DNA from: Raillietiella orientalis
Lineage: Eukaryota
Direction of reading: 5' to 3'
Length of the DNA: 64,000 nt
Assembly (NCBI GenBank): GCA_036172245.1
Contig: JAYWIR010000040.1
Location: 62,001-126,000 of the forward strand
Positions 1-11,046 of this stretch are shown here, piece by piece. A program made the translations under genes and the position numbers. Numbering within the stretch: position 1 is the stretch's first letter; every line of letters begins with the position of its first letter. The notes below the pieces were generated by a model, which did not search any database, was not told where the DNA came from, and saw only the letters and a list, made by a program, of their open reading frames with translations.

Positions 1-1348
1 AAGACCGAGGTCAGCATCTCCACCTCCGTCCAGTTGAGGCCTCCCGGTACCCGGGCTCCTAAGTACCTTATGAGCACTCCCTTCAGAGAAAGTGGGTAGC
101 TCATAATTTGGCACAGACAGGCTTCCACAATCGTGTCCGCTTCCACCACAGTTGCTGGGATCCAGTTTTCCATGGTTGTTATGGTCAACACCTCGAGCGC
201 TATTCCGGCTAACTCGATCTGCCGTTGTGCCGCAGAGGGTGTGACCACCACGATATTACGCACCTCATTGTGGAAGTCGATGAGGCCTGCATTGCGCAGG
301 AACAAGTCCCTGTATTCCGTCTGGTCTCCTAACAGTAACTGGGCTCTTCTGCTGTTAAGTGTTCCAGGACAACCATCCCGGTATTCTCATTTCTAAGGTC
401 CCACTCTTCCTCTGCTCTACCTGAAACGACCGGGATCAGTCCTCTCCTGTTCATCAGACATAGGTTCAGGTAGTGTGCGGAGATGGTCACTATCCTGAAC
501 CCCCACTCATCGAAGGACCTGATGGGCAGGTAGACACGCCTCCAATCTTCAGCTTCAGCAAAGGCCTACTCAACCCCAGTTCGCTGGTTGAACCGATGTT
601 CTCTCAGGTCGTCGTAGAGGGAAGCTTTTAACCCAAGCTCCCGCCAGTTCGCCACCTCCACGCCTGCCCCTTGATAAAGGGCCGCATAGAGCGCGGCTAT
701 TTGGCTACGATACTGCCAAATCTGAGTTGGCAGCCTCGGGTTTAAGACGTTGGGTGCCCTTGTCATGTTTTCGGTTTGCTCTATTATCTCTGCTGTGTTC
801 TCCGCCGCGATGACCCGCCCGTATCTGTGGCGGTGGTCATAGCCCACGGCGTACCAAAGAATCTCCTCACAGCCAGACTCTACAAGCTTTTTCTGCTTCC
901 TATGGGGAAGACTGGCATCCAATGAGTATCTCAACAGGTCTGGGATCCCCCTAATCGCTCGGAGATACCTTTCCGTGAGCACACTTCCCGATGTGCCAGT
1001 TCCCCTATCGGCTACCGCAGTGAACCAAGCCTGTAGAACTCCCATGGGAGCTGTCATTGGTGGGCGTCTTCCTGTCTCCGACCTTTCGAGCGAATCCCAT
1101 TTTTCCTGCCCGATGGTCGTGTCTGGTGCCTCCAACGTACTGCACCTGATCAAGAGGGTGTGCAAGGTGCCTAACTGTGTCGGACACCTTGACCCCCAGA
1201 TCACCTCTCTGCTAATTTGCACCTCCTCCGCGGCTTGCTCATACCTACGGAGGAGTTCAGCTGCAAGTGCGTTGATGAACCCATGTGTATGTAAATCAGT
1301 TTCCAGATTTGTTGTAATTTTCAACGTTGCGAGCTTTTGCTTCTGAAT
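1..1348 (-). pseudogene. Decayed long ORF of unknown family (candidate endogenous viral element), running off the left edge
   Basis: The 252-aa ORF 566-1324 continues in frame past the TAG at 566-568 (AFAEAEDWRRVYLPIRSFDEWGFRIV...). After one frameshift near 330-360 it reads open to base 1 (QLLLGDQTEYRDLFLRNAGLIDFHNEV...), giving over 430 codons with no evident introns. No motif recognised and unrelated to the LINEs. Confidence 0.4.
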
Positions 1349-3331
1349 TTATTTTGAGTTGTGCCTGACACCATCCAGATCTAAGTTTAGAATCACTCAA
1401 TTTGCAAGCGTACTGATTGTTGTTATGTATACTGTGATTGCCTTTGAAACCAGCACAATAAACATTTCAAAACAGATGCTTTTTTCGTTAGATCAACAGC
1501 TAGCCACACGCACCCTGATAGGGTGGGACGTCATTGAAGTGTGGTTAATGAGCGCAGACACTTCTGTTTATTGTGAGCACGTTTTCCTGCAAGATAAAAG
1601 CCATCCCGAATTTTTTTTTCCTGTCGAGACGTCCGTTGTTGTGAGCTCTGTTTTCTTGTGCGCTACTAGGTAGCCACATAGTAAAGTATTATGCAGCCGA
1701 ACTGCGTTTTGAAATTTATGTTTGATTTTGTGATGTTTCCGATTGATAGTTCGAAATCGAAGCAGTACCCTTCAAACTGTATTGGGAACGGCTGCTGTGC
1801 ACTACTCCTCTGTATACGTTGTCTTCCTCATAGACAGCTCTGCATACTGTGTGCAAGGTAGCCAACTGAGGCAGTGGTGCCGGAAAGTTTTCTTACAGGA
1901 AATTATGTGACGGTAGAATTCACCAATGGCGGCAGACAGCAATTAGGAATATTGTTTGTTTTGTTACATCTGTTTGCTTGTTATCGTCATCGTCCTGAAT
2001 ATTCGGAAATAAGTATGTTAATCGTTTGCGGTTCCTATTTCCACAGTTCGCTTACTTAAGCGGAAATCCATTCCACGGCTTCTCACAAGCAAGATTTCGA
2101 GCCTCTTGCGGGTGCCGTTTACAAAGTAAATTTGTTCGGACTTTTCGAAGTCGTATGCATTCTTGTGAGTTGGTGCTGGCAGTAGACTTTCTTGTGTATG
2201 TGTACAGTGTACGTAAATTACGGAGGTGGACAGAGTGTACCGATTCATTCAAATAATGAAGTGGGCTGCGTTTGAACTCCATATTATAAGTGATTTTAGT
2301 GGCCTAGTCTACTTTTTGATTTCGCAGGCTGCGTTCTTGGTTCTGTACTAGCATACTCTTTGCTTGATCTGTGCGTGGATGCCTAGTAGGGTTCAAATGT
2401 GCAAAGATTTGTACATAGGAACAGTTGAGGCATCCTTAGAATGTAGAGACAATGAACTAGTTCGAGTGAAACTTACAGTCTTTAATAGGCATATAGAATG
2501 TCTTACCGAAACGTCACTTTGCTTTGTTCAGTGGGTGAATTCTGGTTCGATATGGTAATGGTTCTTTCATTAATCAGTTGGATATTCCATTATTCTTCTG
2601 ACAACGTGATCTGGATATGCCTGTTTGTCTTAAGGCATTGTATCTTTTTGTGGTGCTTGACTCAGCTGAGGTGTGGATCCTGGTTTACGGAGACCAGGAT
2701 GCGTGGCATGTGGAATTTTCGATGACCTGTGTTATTTGGAATCATATAGGATTCCATTTTCAATTTGGTCATTGAATCCATGGTGCACCGTTTGTTTGTG
2801 TTCTCTTGCGAGATCGATGACATTTGTGCATTATTCATTGTGTAGATGCGCTGCGTCGCGTTTGAGTCGTTGCTCTTAATTTGTGTTTGTTACGGCGGAA
2901 TTGAGGGTCTTTTAAGGATCCCAAACATTGTTTCTACATTTTCACATCTGTGCGAAATATTCCCGTTTTTAGCACGTGGTTGTACTCTGGTATTGAGCTC
3001 TTGGACTTTCTTTCGAACAGTGTTCCCTGTTTGACTCAGTTGTCTCTATTTTCATATTTCTGTCTAAGTGCTGTGGTCCGCGGATTACGAAAACGACTCG
3101 TCGACTCATTTTACTGTGCCATTCTGACGATGTCCAAACTGAATGCCGAGAATCAGCGCTTGTTGGCTTGAATGTTGTATTGTGCTATATCAAAGTGAGA
3201 GTGAGCCATAGTTTTGTGAATTGTCGCGAAATGGACAGGTACTTTGATGGAGTTTGGTTTTGCTAGTAACTTCGGGATATTTTCGGAGTTGAAGTCGTTT
3301 GGTGTTGGTGAAGCCGTTTTGCTATTATGCT

Positions 3332-3729
3332 TTTACACCCGGGTGCGCCGGGGCGTTTATTTCTTTAATAAAAAAAATAAACAAGCAAGTGTAGGGCTAT
3401 CGCCCCTACAGTGTTCAGAACATGTTCTTCTGAACTCGTCGAGTGGGCAGCACGCAGGCTCCCAAGGTCGACTCGGCAGCGGAGGGGGAAGGGACAAATA
3501 GAAAAAAGCAAAAAGAAAACACTATTTACAAAAGCAGGGAGGGGTTGGGGAAGGGATCACGTTCCGCTGGAGACGTCCTCTACATCCTTTGCAGGATGCC
3601 GGCAAGTTCAAACTGCATGTGTCCCAAATGGGTCCATCTGGCTGCCGTCCTCAGGAAGCGCAGGGCGTAGCACAAAATGTCCCTATCGTTCGGTCCACCA
3701 GTGGCGGTGCTCCAAGCCGCTATCCAATC
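3332..3729 (-). mobile_element. 5'-truncated copy of Tx1-like LINE family A (end of ORF2 plus 3' UTR)
   Basis: Near-identical reverse complement of about 27001-27390. Flanked by a perfect 12-bp TSD, TGCTATTATGCT, at 3320-3331 and 3730-3741. Confidence 0.93.
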
Positions 3730-4589
3730 TGCTATTATGCTGGTTTACCAGGACCATCCTTCATCTGTGTTGGCTCAGTCTGTGGTTGTGCAGTTTGGTA
3801 CTCTCCAACACAAGAACGGCAGATTATAGCAAGTGTACTGAGACATGATAATGTGACATTGTGTTTGGCAGCTGCTTACGAGAAAGCAGACTATTTTTTT
3901 TATTTTTTTTGAGGTATCGATGGTATCTATTTGCTTTTTGTATGTTCCTTGACATCTTAATGAGTCTCTCATTTGATCCTTACTTTTCGCGTTAAGTTTT
4001 ATTCGTTTTAATTTTTTTCTTTCCCATGATATTCTCCAGTTTTTGTTACCTTTAGCTACCTAGTTTAAATAGTTCATGGCATATATTGAGTTCGAAAGTG
4101 TTTAATCATCGAAGGGTAATTATGCATCCTTATCGTCCGAAGAATTTTTAGGGAACGAAGTTTGCTCAGGCATATTTACTCTCTGTATGCATTTCGCCAT
4201 TCATAGAGTTGATTTTGTTTTTTTTTGGCAGATTCGTTGCTGAACCTTCCTCTCTCGTGTCTCAGTTGCCAGTGGAGATCTGCTTCGCCGCGTGTGCGTT
4301 CGCGATTCCGAAATGCTGGCACATATGTTGCTCAGCAGTTGGCGGACGCCAGCTTACGGTACGCCAACAACGGCGCGAGAGAGCTCCGGCGGAACAAGAA
4401 CTCTCTCCGAATCGACGCCGCTCGTGCCAAAACTCTCGCCCGTATCTCCAGGAGAGAAGTCCGGTGGCTTCTCGGCGGTTATGCGTGGCCTCAGGGTGTC
4501 TCCCTTAACCTAGGAAAGATCACACGGATGTTTCTCATTCTGTGCGGAAGAACAAGCCACGTTGTCGTGGTGCGAAAAATCCCGCTAGC

Positions 4590-4803
4590 TGCAGACCTTT
4601 GCGAAGAAATACTCGAGCGCCGATGCCTCGGTGAACCCTGGAAGCAGGAGCAGAAGGTCTTCGGCAGAGGCCGACACGGCAAGCGTGCCGGGACATGAGC
4701 TCGGCAGGGTTGCCAAAGTCTCCCTGTATGCTTTCAGCACCAATTCAAAATAGATGCTGAAGAGCAGCGGGATTAAGCTGTCACCCTGCCTAAATCCTCG
4801 TCG
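4590..4803 (-). pseudogene. Degenerate LINE RT fragment
   Basis: Minus-strand translation RRGFRQGDSLIPLLFSIYFELVLKAYRETL...SAEDLLLL matches the QGD/YADD region of the other copies. Confidence 0.8.
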
Positions 4804-6300
4804 TTTTTCACTCGGATATGTCGGGGCATTTAATTAATCTAATCTTTACAGAATTAGTTAACCAAGTCATTGAACAGTTTGTTGTGGGAAAACACTTGGT
4901 TTTCCCACGCTGACAGTCCGACCACGCTTCTGAGATGCAGAAGTTGCCCAACGGCACGCCAAGGTACCTCAGGTGTGCCGTTGGGCACACCTGAGGCAGA
5001 TGCCCGTGGGGATCCCCAGGCGGGTCCAGTCGGACTGCCCCTCCCACGTCGCTTTCTCCGGAACAACCGCGCACTTGCTCCTGTTGACGCTCACGCCCGC
5101 ACCGCGACGGATCAACTCAAAAGAAATCTTCAAGCGTCGCTGCCGGGGTGGACATGGACAACAGGAGAAGCAAGTCGTCGGCATAGACCGCCACGGCCGG
5201 CGTACCTGGACAGGAAGGAGCTCGGCAGGTTGGCTAGCGTCAGCCTGTAAGCCTCCAGCACCAATTCAAAATAGATGCTGAATAGCAGCGGGCTTAAGCT
5301 ATCGCCCTGCCTAATTCCTCGCCGTACCGGCATGCCGTACACGCGACAGCCACTGAAAACAATGGGTGTAATCGCGTGGCGCCAGCAGGAGCGCAAGTAC
5401 GCCAACAGGGATGCCGGGAAACCCAGACGTTCCAAGAGCTCAAGAAGCTTTTGGTTCACGCAATCGAAAGCTTTCTGCAAATCGACAGCAACCGCCAAGG
5501 CTCCCGGGGTTTCCCATTGCGACACTCGCCTCCGTCTGCGAGAGTTCGACGGCGTCGTTTCCGCTCGACGTTCCACCGCCACACGATGCTGCGATTGCAG
5601 CCATGTGCGGATGAAGAAAAGGTACGCGTTCAAGGACCTCCAGGGAACAGCATAGGTCTGTTCCGGACTTATCAAAGACTCCGCGATCCTCCCCATCCGC
5701 GCCACACAAAGTTTCGAGAACAACTTGACGTCCAAATTCACCAACGTGATCGGACGGCAATTGTTCACTTGGCGCAAATCTCCGCCTTTCGGCCGGAGAC
5801 GCACCTTCGCTTTGCGAAACGAGGCGGGGACATCGCCCGCGTCTCGCATCAACGACGAGAGTTGCAGCACCAGGCAGATGAGCTCCGCCGCAAAGCACTG
5901 GATGAATTCCGCGGAGAGTCCATCCTCGCCTGCCGCTTTTCGTCTCTTGAGCCCCGAGATGTCTGAAAAAGTTTCCTCTGCCGTGAACGGATCATCGAGA
6001 CGCGCGCGTTCCTCCCCGGTTACAACAGGTGCATCAATCGGCAGAAGCAGCTCGGAGACTGCGTTGCGTCGCTGCCTCTGCATACAGCGAAGAGTAATAG
6101 CGCCTGACTATCAGCCGCACGCCGGTTGGAACCGAGCATTCCCGGTCCAGATAGTGGAGCAGAACTGTCGCTCCAGACTGCCAGACCTGGCACAAGGCCT
6201 AGGCCTTGTACTCAATTAATCGACCAACGTCCGCGCCCCTGGAAAAGGAACGAGCCTGCAGAAAATCTCTGCTGTTGGCTACACCGTCGCCGAAGCCCGC
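4804..6300 (-). mobile_element. Tx1-like LINE family I: linker and RT, C-terminal region deleted, with 3' end
   Basis: ORF 5130-6083 contains KAAGEDG, RPITLVN, DLQKAFD and RQGDSLSP; YADD lies in a shifted frame. The 3'-terminal ATTAAA-hairpin variant is at 4804-4833. Confidence 0.88.
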
Positions 6301-6302
6301 AT

Positions 6303-6590
6303 CGAGAGGACGTGTTTTTCCTTCGCTCCGAAAGCGAGCTTGAGTAAGTGTTTTTTTTTTGTGCAGTGTTTGCGATTTTCACATTGCCGGTGTCCGATGG
6401 CTGCGATGCCAGAGGGCCGAATGCCCTAGAGCTGGACCACGAACGATTGGTCCAGGGCCGAGGGGACGACCTCCTTACCCCTGATTTTCAGGGGCGTTCG
6501 CAGCAGGCGCTAGACGAGGGCTGCATCCTTGTAGTGCACCTCCCAATGGCCTACCGCGCTCACTGGCATAAGTGCCAGGACATCGTCCTC
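6303..6590 (+). mobile_element. 5' end (UTR plus degenerate ORF1 start) of a C-like LINE
   Basis: Begins CGAGAGGACGTGTTTTTCCTTCGCTC, like 14534 and 37418, and has GGTGTCCGATGGCTGCGATGCC (MAAMPE) as in family C ORF1. Confidence 0.75.
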
Positions 6591-6960
6591 TCAGACACCT
6601 ACGCGTTCCACCTCGCTCCAGAGCTGGTCGCCCGTCCCTTCCCGGTACGCGACACTGACCATGTAGGCCAGAAGGGGGTTGTAGCCGCTCGCGGCGTACG
6701 CCCGCAGCTCTGCCTCGTCGGGTGGGGCTCCGTGAGCCGCCTCTGCCTTAGCAACGGCGGCAAAACTTCTCGCTGGAGGCGAGCGACGATTGGTGGAGGC
6801 TTCCACTCCTCCCGAAGAAGGTCCTGCGACGCAGGGGGATTCCTCCACCTCCATTTCTGCGGGCACTGGCTTCATTTTCAAATGAAAAATCCCACCACAC
6901 CCAAAAGGAACAACCGCAAAAAAACAACAAAGACGGAGCGCAAGAATGCACGTCCGAACA
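6591..6960 (-). mobile_element. 5' end (UTR plus ORF1 N-terminus) of LINE L (B/F-related)
   Basis: GGACGTG motif at 6955-6949. ORF1 segment RSFAAVA...DEAELRAYAASGYNP resembles family B RSFADVA...DESELRAYVA. Confidence 0.75.
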
Positions 6961-6977
6961 ATGGAGGGGGTCGGCTG

Positions 6978-9961
6978 TTTATCACCGGGTGCGCCGGGGC
7001 GTTTATTAAAAGCTATCCGGGAACAGAGTTCCTGGACAAAGGGGAAAACAAGATAGGAAGGGGGCGGGATCCCCGACACGCAGGTCGGTATGCCGAAAGT
7101 CCGGAACGGATGGGAGGGGACCACAAATAGACTACTATAAAAAATAAAAATAAAAATATGATGGGGAGGGGACAGGGGTCTTTGGTGAGTCCGTTCCTTC
7201 CTTTCAAAACCGGCGATGGATGCGGCGATCTCTCTCCTTACGTCCTGTGGAACATGGGCCCACTCGGCAGCCGACGACATGCTTGCGCTGGCTAATCCGG
7301 TGGGCTGACGAACGATGGCCAGCTTCTCCAACTCTCGGTGGGCCTTGTCGATGGCGCGGGTGCAACACACGGTTGCAACGACAGCACCCAAAGACAGGCC
7401 GCCTGGCGTGAAGAAGCGGCGCATCAAGTCCCTCGCGGTGTCCCCCTAGTGCACGAGAGCTGATGCCAGCCTCCGCCAAAGTCCTAGAAGGGCACCGCAG
7501 TCCAGGAGCAGGTGCGTGAGCGTTTCCACTTCCGCGCACCGCTTACAGTTTGGGGAGACAACTCCCCCGGAAACACGGTTCGTCCGCTGGTTGGAGTGAA
7601 AACCCCAATGCATTAGCATGATGACGTCCTGCTTCCACGAAAGGGGGAACACAGAAGTGTTCAAACAGGTGGGAATGACCACAAGTTCTTCGGGGGGCAC
7701 ACTCAAGTGTTCACTCCACCGAAGCAGTCCCTTCGAGATGTGGCGAGGCGTGGCGGCGTCTGCCAGCTCGCAAGTCCTCCAGCCGCCAATAGGTCGTGTT
7801 GTTCCTGCGATGGTGCAGGCGACCTCCCATCTCGCCGATTCGCAGCTGTCATCTCTTGCCCTGAGGGCTCACAGTGCTTCAGCGAGGGGGGTGAGGGCCA
7901 GGCGATTCCACTTCTCCTGGCTGCTGCAGACCTCATCAACCGTGCAGTACGGGGAGAGGTGAACGCAACGGAGTTCCAGGAGGGAAACATCCTGGTGCTT
8001 TGCCCAGCCTTGCAACGGTTCCTGCCGCCAGGCTTCAAAGTTCGTTGGGCGGCAGGAGATCCATTCCTGGGCTGCCAGGAGCCGGTAGAGCGGCTTCAAA
8101 GGGAAATCGAAACTTGTCGTGGGGCGCTCCGAATGCGGACGCAGCGACAGAAGTCCGTCGCTTCCGGTGCAGCGCCGTAGGAGCAAGCCCGCAGGAGCGT
8201 ACCACGGAGTGGACCAAAGGTTGGCGCACAGGGCCAACATCCGAGGCTGCACCTGCAGCTCGATTCTCTCCAGCGCAGGATGCCTAAGCCAGCATCCCGA
8301 CGCGGAGCCGCCAAGTCTTTCAGGCGGATCCTGGACCTCGCGGGACCCCACAGAGCGTTACTCAACAGGCTGTGCGCCTGGAGCTTGGCCGAGTAGGGGG
8401 GCGGGCAAACAAAAAGCAGGGGGCGCAAGAGGGGCGCAACGAAGGTGTTCCATATCGCGGCCCGCTCCGACAGGAGGAACCTCCCATGCTGGAACGGGCT
8501 CAGCGCACTCGTAGCCTTCCGAAGGCAGTCCGACCACACTTCCACTGGGCTGATGTTCCCCAGCGGAACGCCCAGATATTGAGTGGATGAAGCGGTCGGG
8601 ATCCCCAGGCGGATCCAGTCGGACTGCCCCTCCCACGCCGCACCAATAGGTACGACCACGCTCTTGCTCCTGTTTACGCTCATGCCCTCTCCCCGGCGAA
8701 TCAGCTCGAAGAAATCCTCGAGACTGGACGCCGGGGTGGTCGTGGGTAAAAAGAGAAGCAGGGCGTCAGCATAGGCCGCCACGGACGGCGTTCCTGGACA
8801 AGAGCTCGGCAGGTTGGCCAGGGTCAGCCTGTACGCCCTCAGCACCAACTCAAAGAAGATGCTGAATAGCAACGGGCTTGAGCTGTCGCCCTGCCTGATG
8901 CCCCGCCTCACCGGCACGCCGTACACGTGGCAGCCGCTAAAAGAGATGGAAATGAGCGCGTGGCGCCAGCAAGCGCGCAAATAGGCCACGAGGTGCACCG
9001 GGAGACCGAGGCGTTCCAGGAGCTCCAGCAGGAGATCCTGATTTACGCAATCGAACGCCTTGCGGAGATTGACCGCGACCGCCAAGGCACCCGGCGCTTC
9101 TCCAGGCCAAAAGCAGCGACGCCTAGCCTCGGCAGCCGCAGACGCGGTTGCCTGGCTGTCGTGCGCCACGCAGCGTTGGAGCTTGAGCCACGTGCGCGCT
9201 AAGAACAGGTTCGCCTCCATGGACCGCCCGGGAACAGCGTAAGACTGCTCCGGACTTACCACGGATCCAGCGATCCTGCCCAGGCGCGCGAGACACAGCC
9301 TGGAGAACAACTTGACGTCCGCATTCACCAAGGTGATGGGACGCCAGCTGCTTAAATGGCGCATGTCTCCGCCTTTCGGCAACAGACGCACCCTTGCTGA
9401 GCGAAACGAGGCCGGGACATTGCCCGTCTCTCGCATCAGCGCAGAAAGCCTCAGCACCAGGGGGATGAGTTCCGCCGCGAAGCACTGGAAGAACTCCGCA
9501 GGCAGACCATCCTCACCTGGCGCCTTGCGCTTCTTGAGGCCCGCTATGGCGGAAGACACTTCTTCCGCCGTGAAGGGCAAGTCAAGAGTGGCGCGTTCCT
9601 CCTCGTCGACCGCCGGGGAATCCGCCGGCAGAAGCAGCTCCGAGAGACTGCGTTCCGTCGGCTCCCTAGCGTACAACAAGGAGTAATAGCGCTTTAGGAG
9701 GCGGCGAACTTCGGCCGCGCCCGAGCACTCCAGGCCCTGGTCGTCGAGCAGACAAGCCGCTCCTGACTGCCAGACCTGGCGCTCGGCCTTGGCCTTGTAC
9801 TCCGCAAGGTACCGGACGTCCGGGCATCGGGAGAATTGGCAGGCCTGCAGAAACTCTCTGCTGTTGGCCACGCCTTCCCCGAAGCCACGGGGAAGCTGGC
9901 GCAAGAGGAACCGGCTGCAGAACTCGCAAACCGATCTTTTCAGATCGTCCCAGTCCACGAG
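6978..9961 (-). mobile_element. Tx1-like LINE family F, copy 1 (linker, RT, CCHC, 3' UTR); inactivated
   Basis: RT motifs in ORF 8096-10063 (YADD mutated to YADA) with frameshifts downstream. CKRCAEVETLTHLLLDC present; 3' hairpin at 6978-7007. Paralog of 47858-50842. Confidence 0.92.
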
Positions 9962-10125
9962 CGAGAGCGGACGGGTTTTTGTTTCGCTCTTGAGCGTTTG
10001 TGGTTTTATTTTTTTCTTTTTTTTCTTGGTGTGCCAGTGGATTCGGTGGTGGCTAGGCAGCAATGCCTGGGACCACCACCAATGTTAAGGAGGGGGCGAC
10101 GTCTATGTCGGCAGAGGTGGTCCAG
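9962..10125 (+). mobile_element. 5' end of a D-like LINE (K) inserted antisense into F1
   Basis: CGAGAGCGGACGGGTTTTTGTTTCGCTC 5' motif, T-rich UTR, and an ORF1 start MPGTTT like family D MPDTTT. Confidence 0.7.
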
Positions 10126-11045
10126 TTTATTTTGAGGGGTTGAGTGTACTTTCTTTAGCATGAAAGATTCGATTCAGTCATCATCTTCAGCAATCTATTC
10201 AGGGAAGTTCGGAATACACATGAAAGGTGGGGAGGGGAAGGATTTCGTGACAATTTGGGGAGGGGAGTCACTGTGGGAGGGGAATGGGAGGTGGATTCAT
10301 TTTCCATTTGTTCTTCGGTATCATGGGAGATATGTTGGATATAAATGTTCCGCGACCATCGTATGGCCAACATCGACGATGTATGGGCAATTTGCTTGAC
10401 AGCATGCTTGGATAGTCCAGCCAAGCGAAGAATAGCATCGTTCGAGGGATCGCAAGAACCAAGCGTGCCTACTACAATTGCATCGTTTAACACTTGGAGG
10501 TCTTGGGATTCCAGGAAACGTTGCAGCGGAAGGTATTTCACTTGTTTCCTTTCGCGTGCAGTGTTAAGCGCAGGCAGCCTGTTTTCATACGGAACCACTA
10601 GGTCGAGGATGAGGGCATGAGAAGAGTCACGTAAAAAGAGGTCTGGCCGTAAGGTGGAGTGGGAGTCCGGAATACATCGATCGCTTGAGGACATAGGCCA
10701 AAGGGGGAATAATGTTTCTTTGAGAACCTCCAGAATGGCATTATGCCTCGAGGATATAGATATACCGAGATGAGCGGGACAATGTGAGAGAACATGGGCT
10801 AGTGTTTCCTTAGGATGGGGACATTTTCGGCATTTTCAGTAAATCCAGGCCTTTTCCTATTTCCATTTAATGGTAATTGATTTAATCGTGCGCGGTGAAT
10901 GAACCTCCAATCGGCGAACCGAATCAGCGAATCCTCTTCTAGGAAGCTCATTGATGCCGAATGCTTCATTACGCACTCTATTGATCGTCCTTGGTCGGGT
11001 TTGGAGAGTAGGGATTTGATTTTTTGATCTCTCAATAGAGATCGA
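10126..11045 (-). mobile_element. 3' fragment of an RLE-type non-LTR retrotransposon (NeSL clade, Utopia-like)
   Basis: KPDQGRSIEC and FADWRFIHRARLNQLPLNG; after a frameshift, CRKCPHPKETLAHVLSHC, RHN, RPDLF..LDLVVPYEN..ARERKQVKY (PD-(D/E)xK endonuclease) and IRWSRNIY. Ends at AATAAA (10131-10126). Lower GC than its neighbours. Confidence 0.85.
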
Positions 11046-11046
11046 A

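Noticed and set aside
1331..1342. Minus-strand AGCAAAAGCTC just upstream of the unknown ORF resembles the influenza segment terminus AGCAAAAGCAGG
   Set aside because: Only 9 bases match, it lies within the upstream open frame, and the protein has no convincing orthomyxovirus motif.
1359..3300. Short ORFs in the AT-rich flank and an 8-bp hairpin near 2677-2700
   Set aside because: No recognisable domains or consistent frame; a single short hairpin is expected by chance.
4209..4590. GC-rich stretch with faint similarity to the ORF2 C-terminus (GDLLRRVCVRD, QQLADAS)
   Set aside because: Probably an old scrambled LINE remnant, but too degenerate to assign a frame or family.
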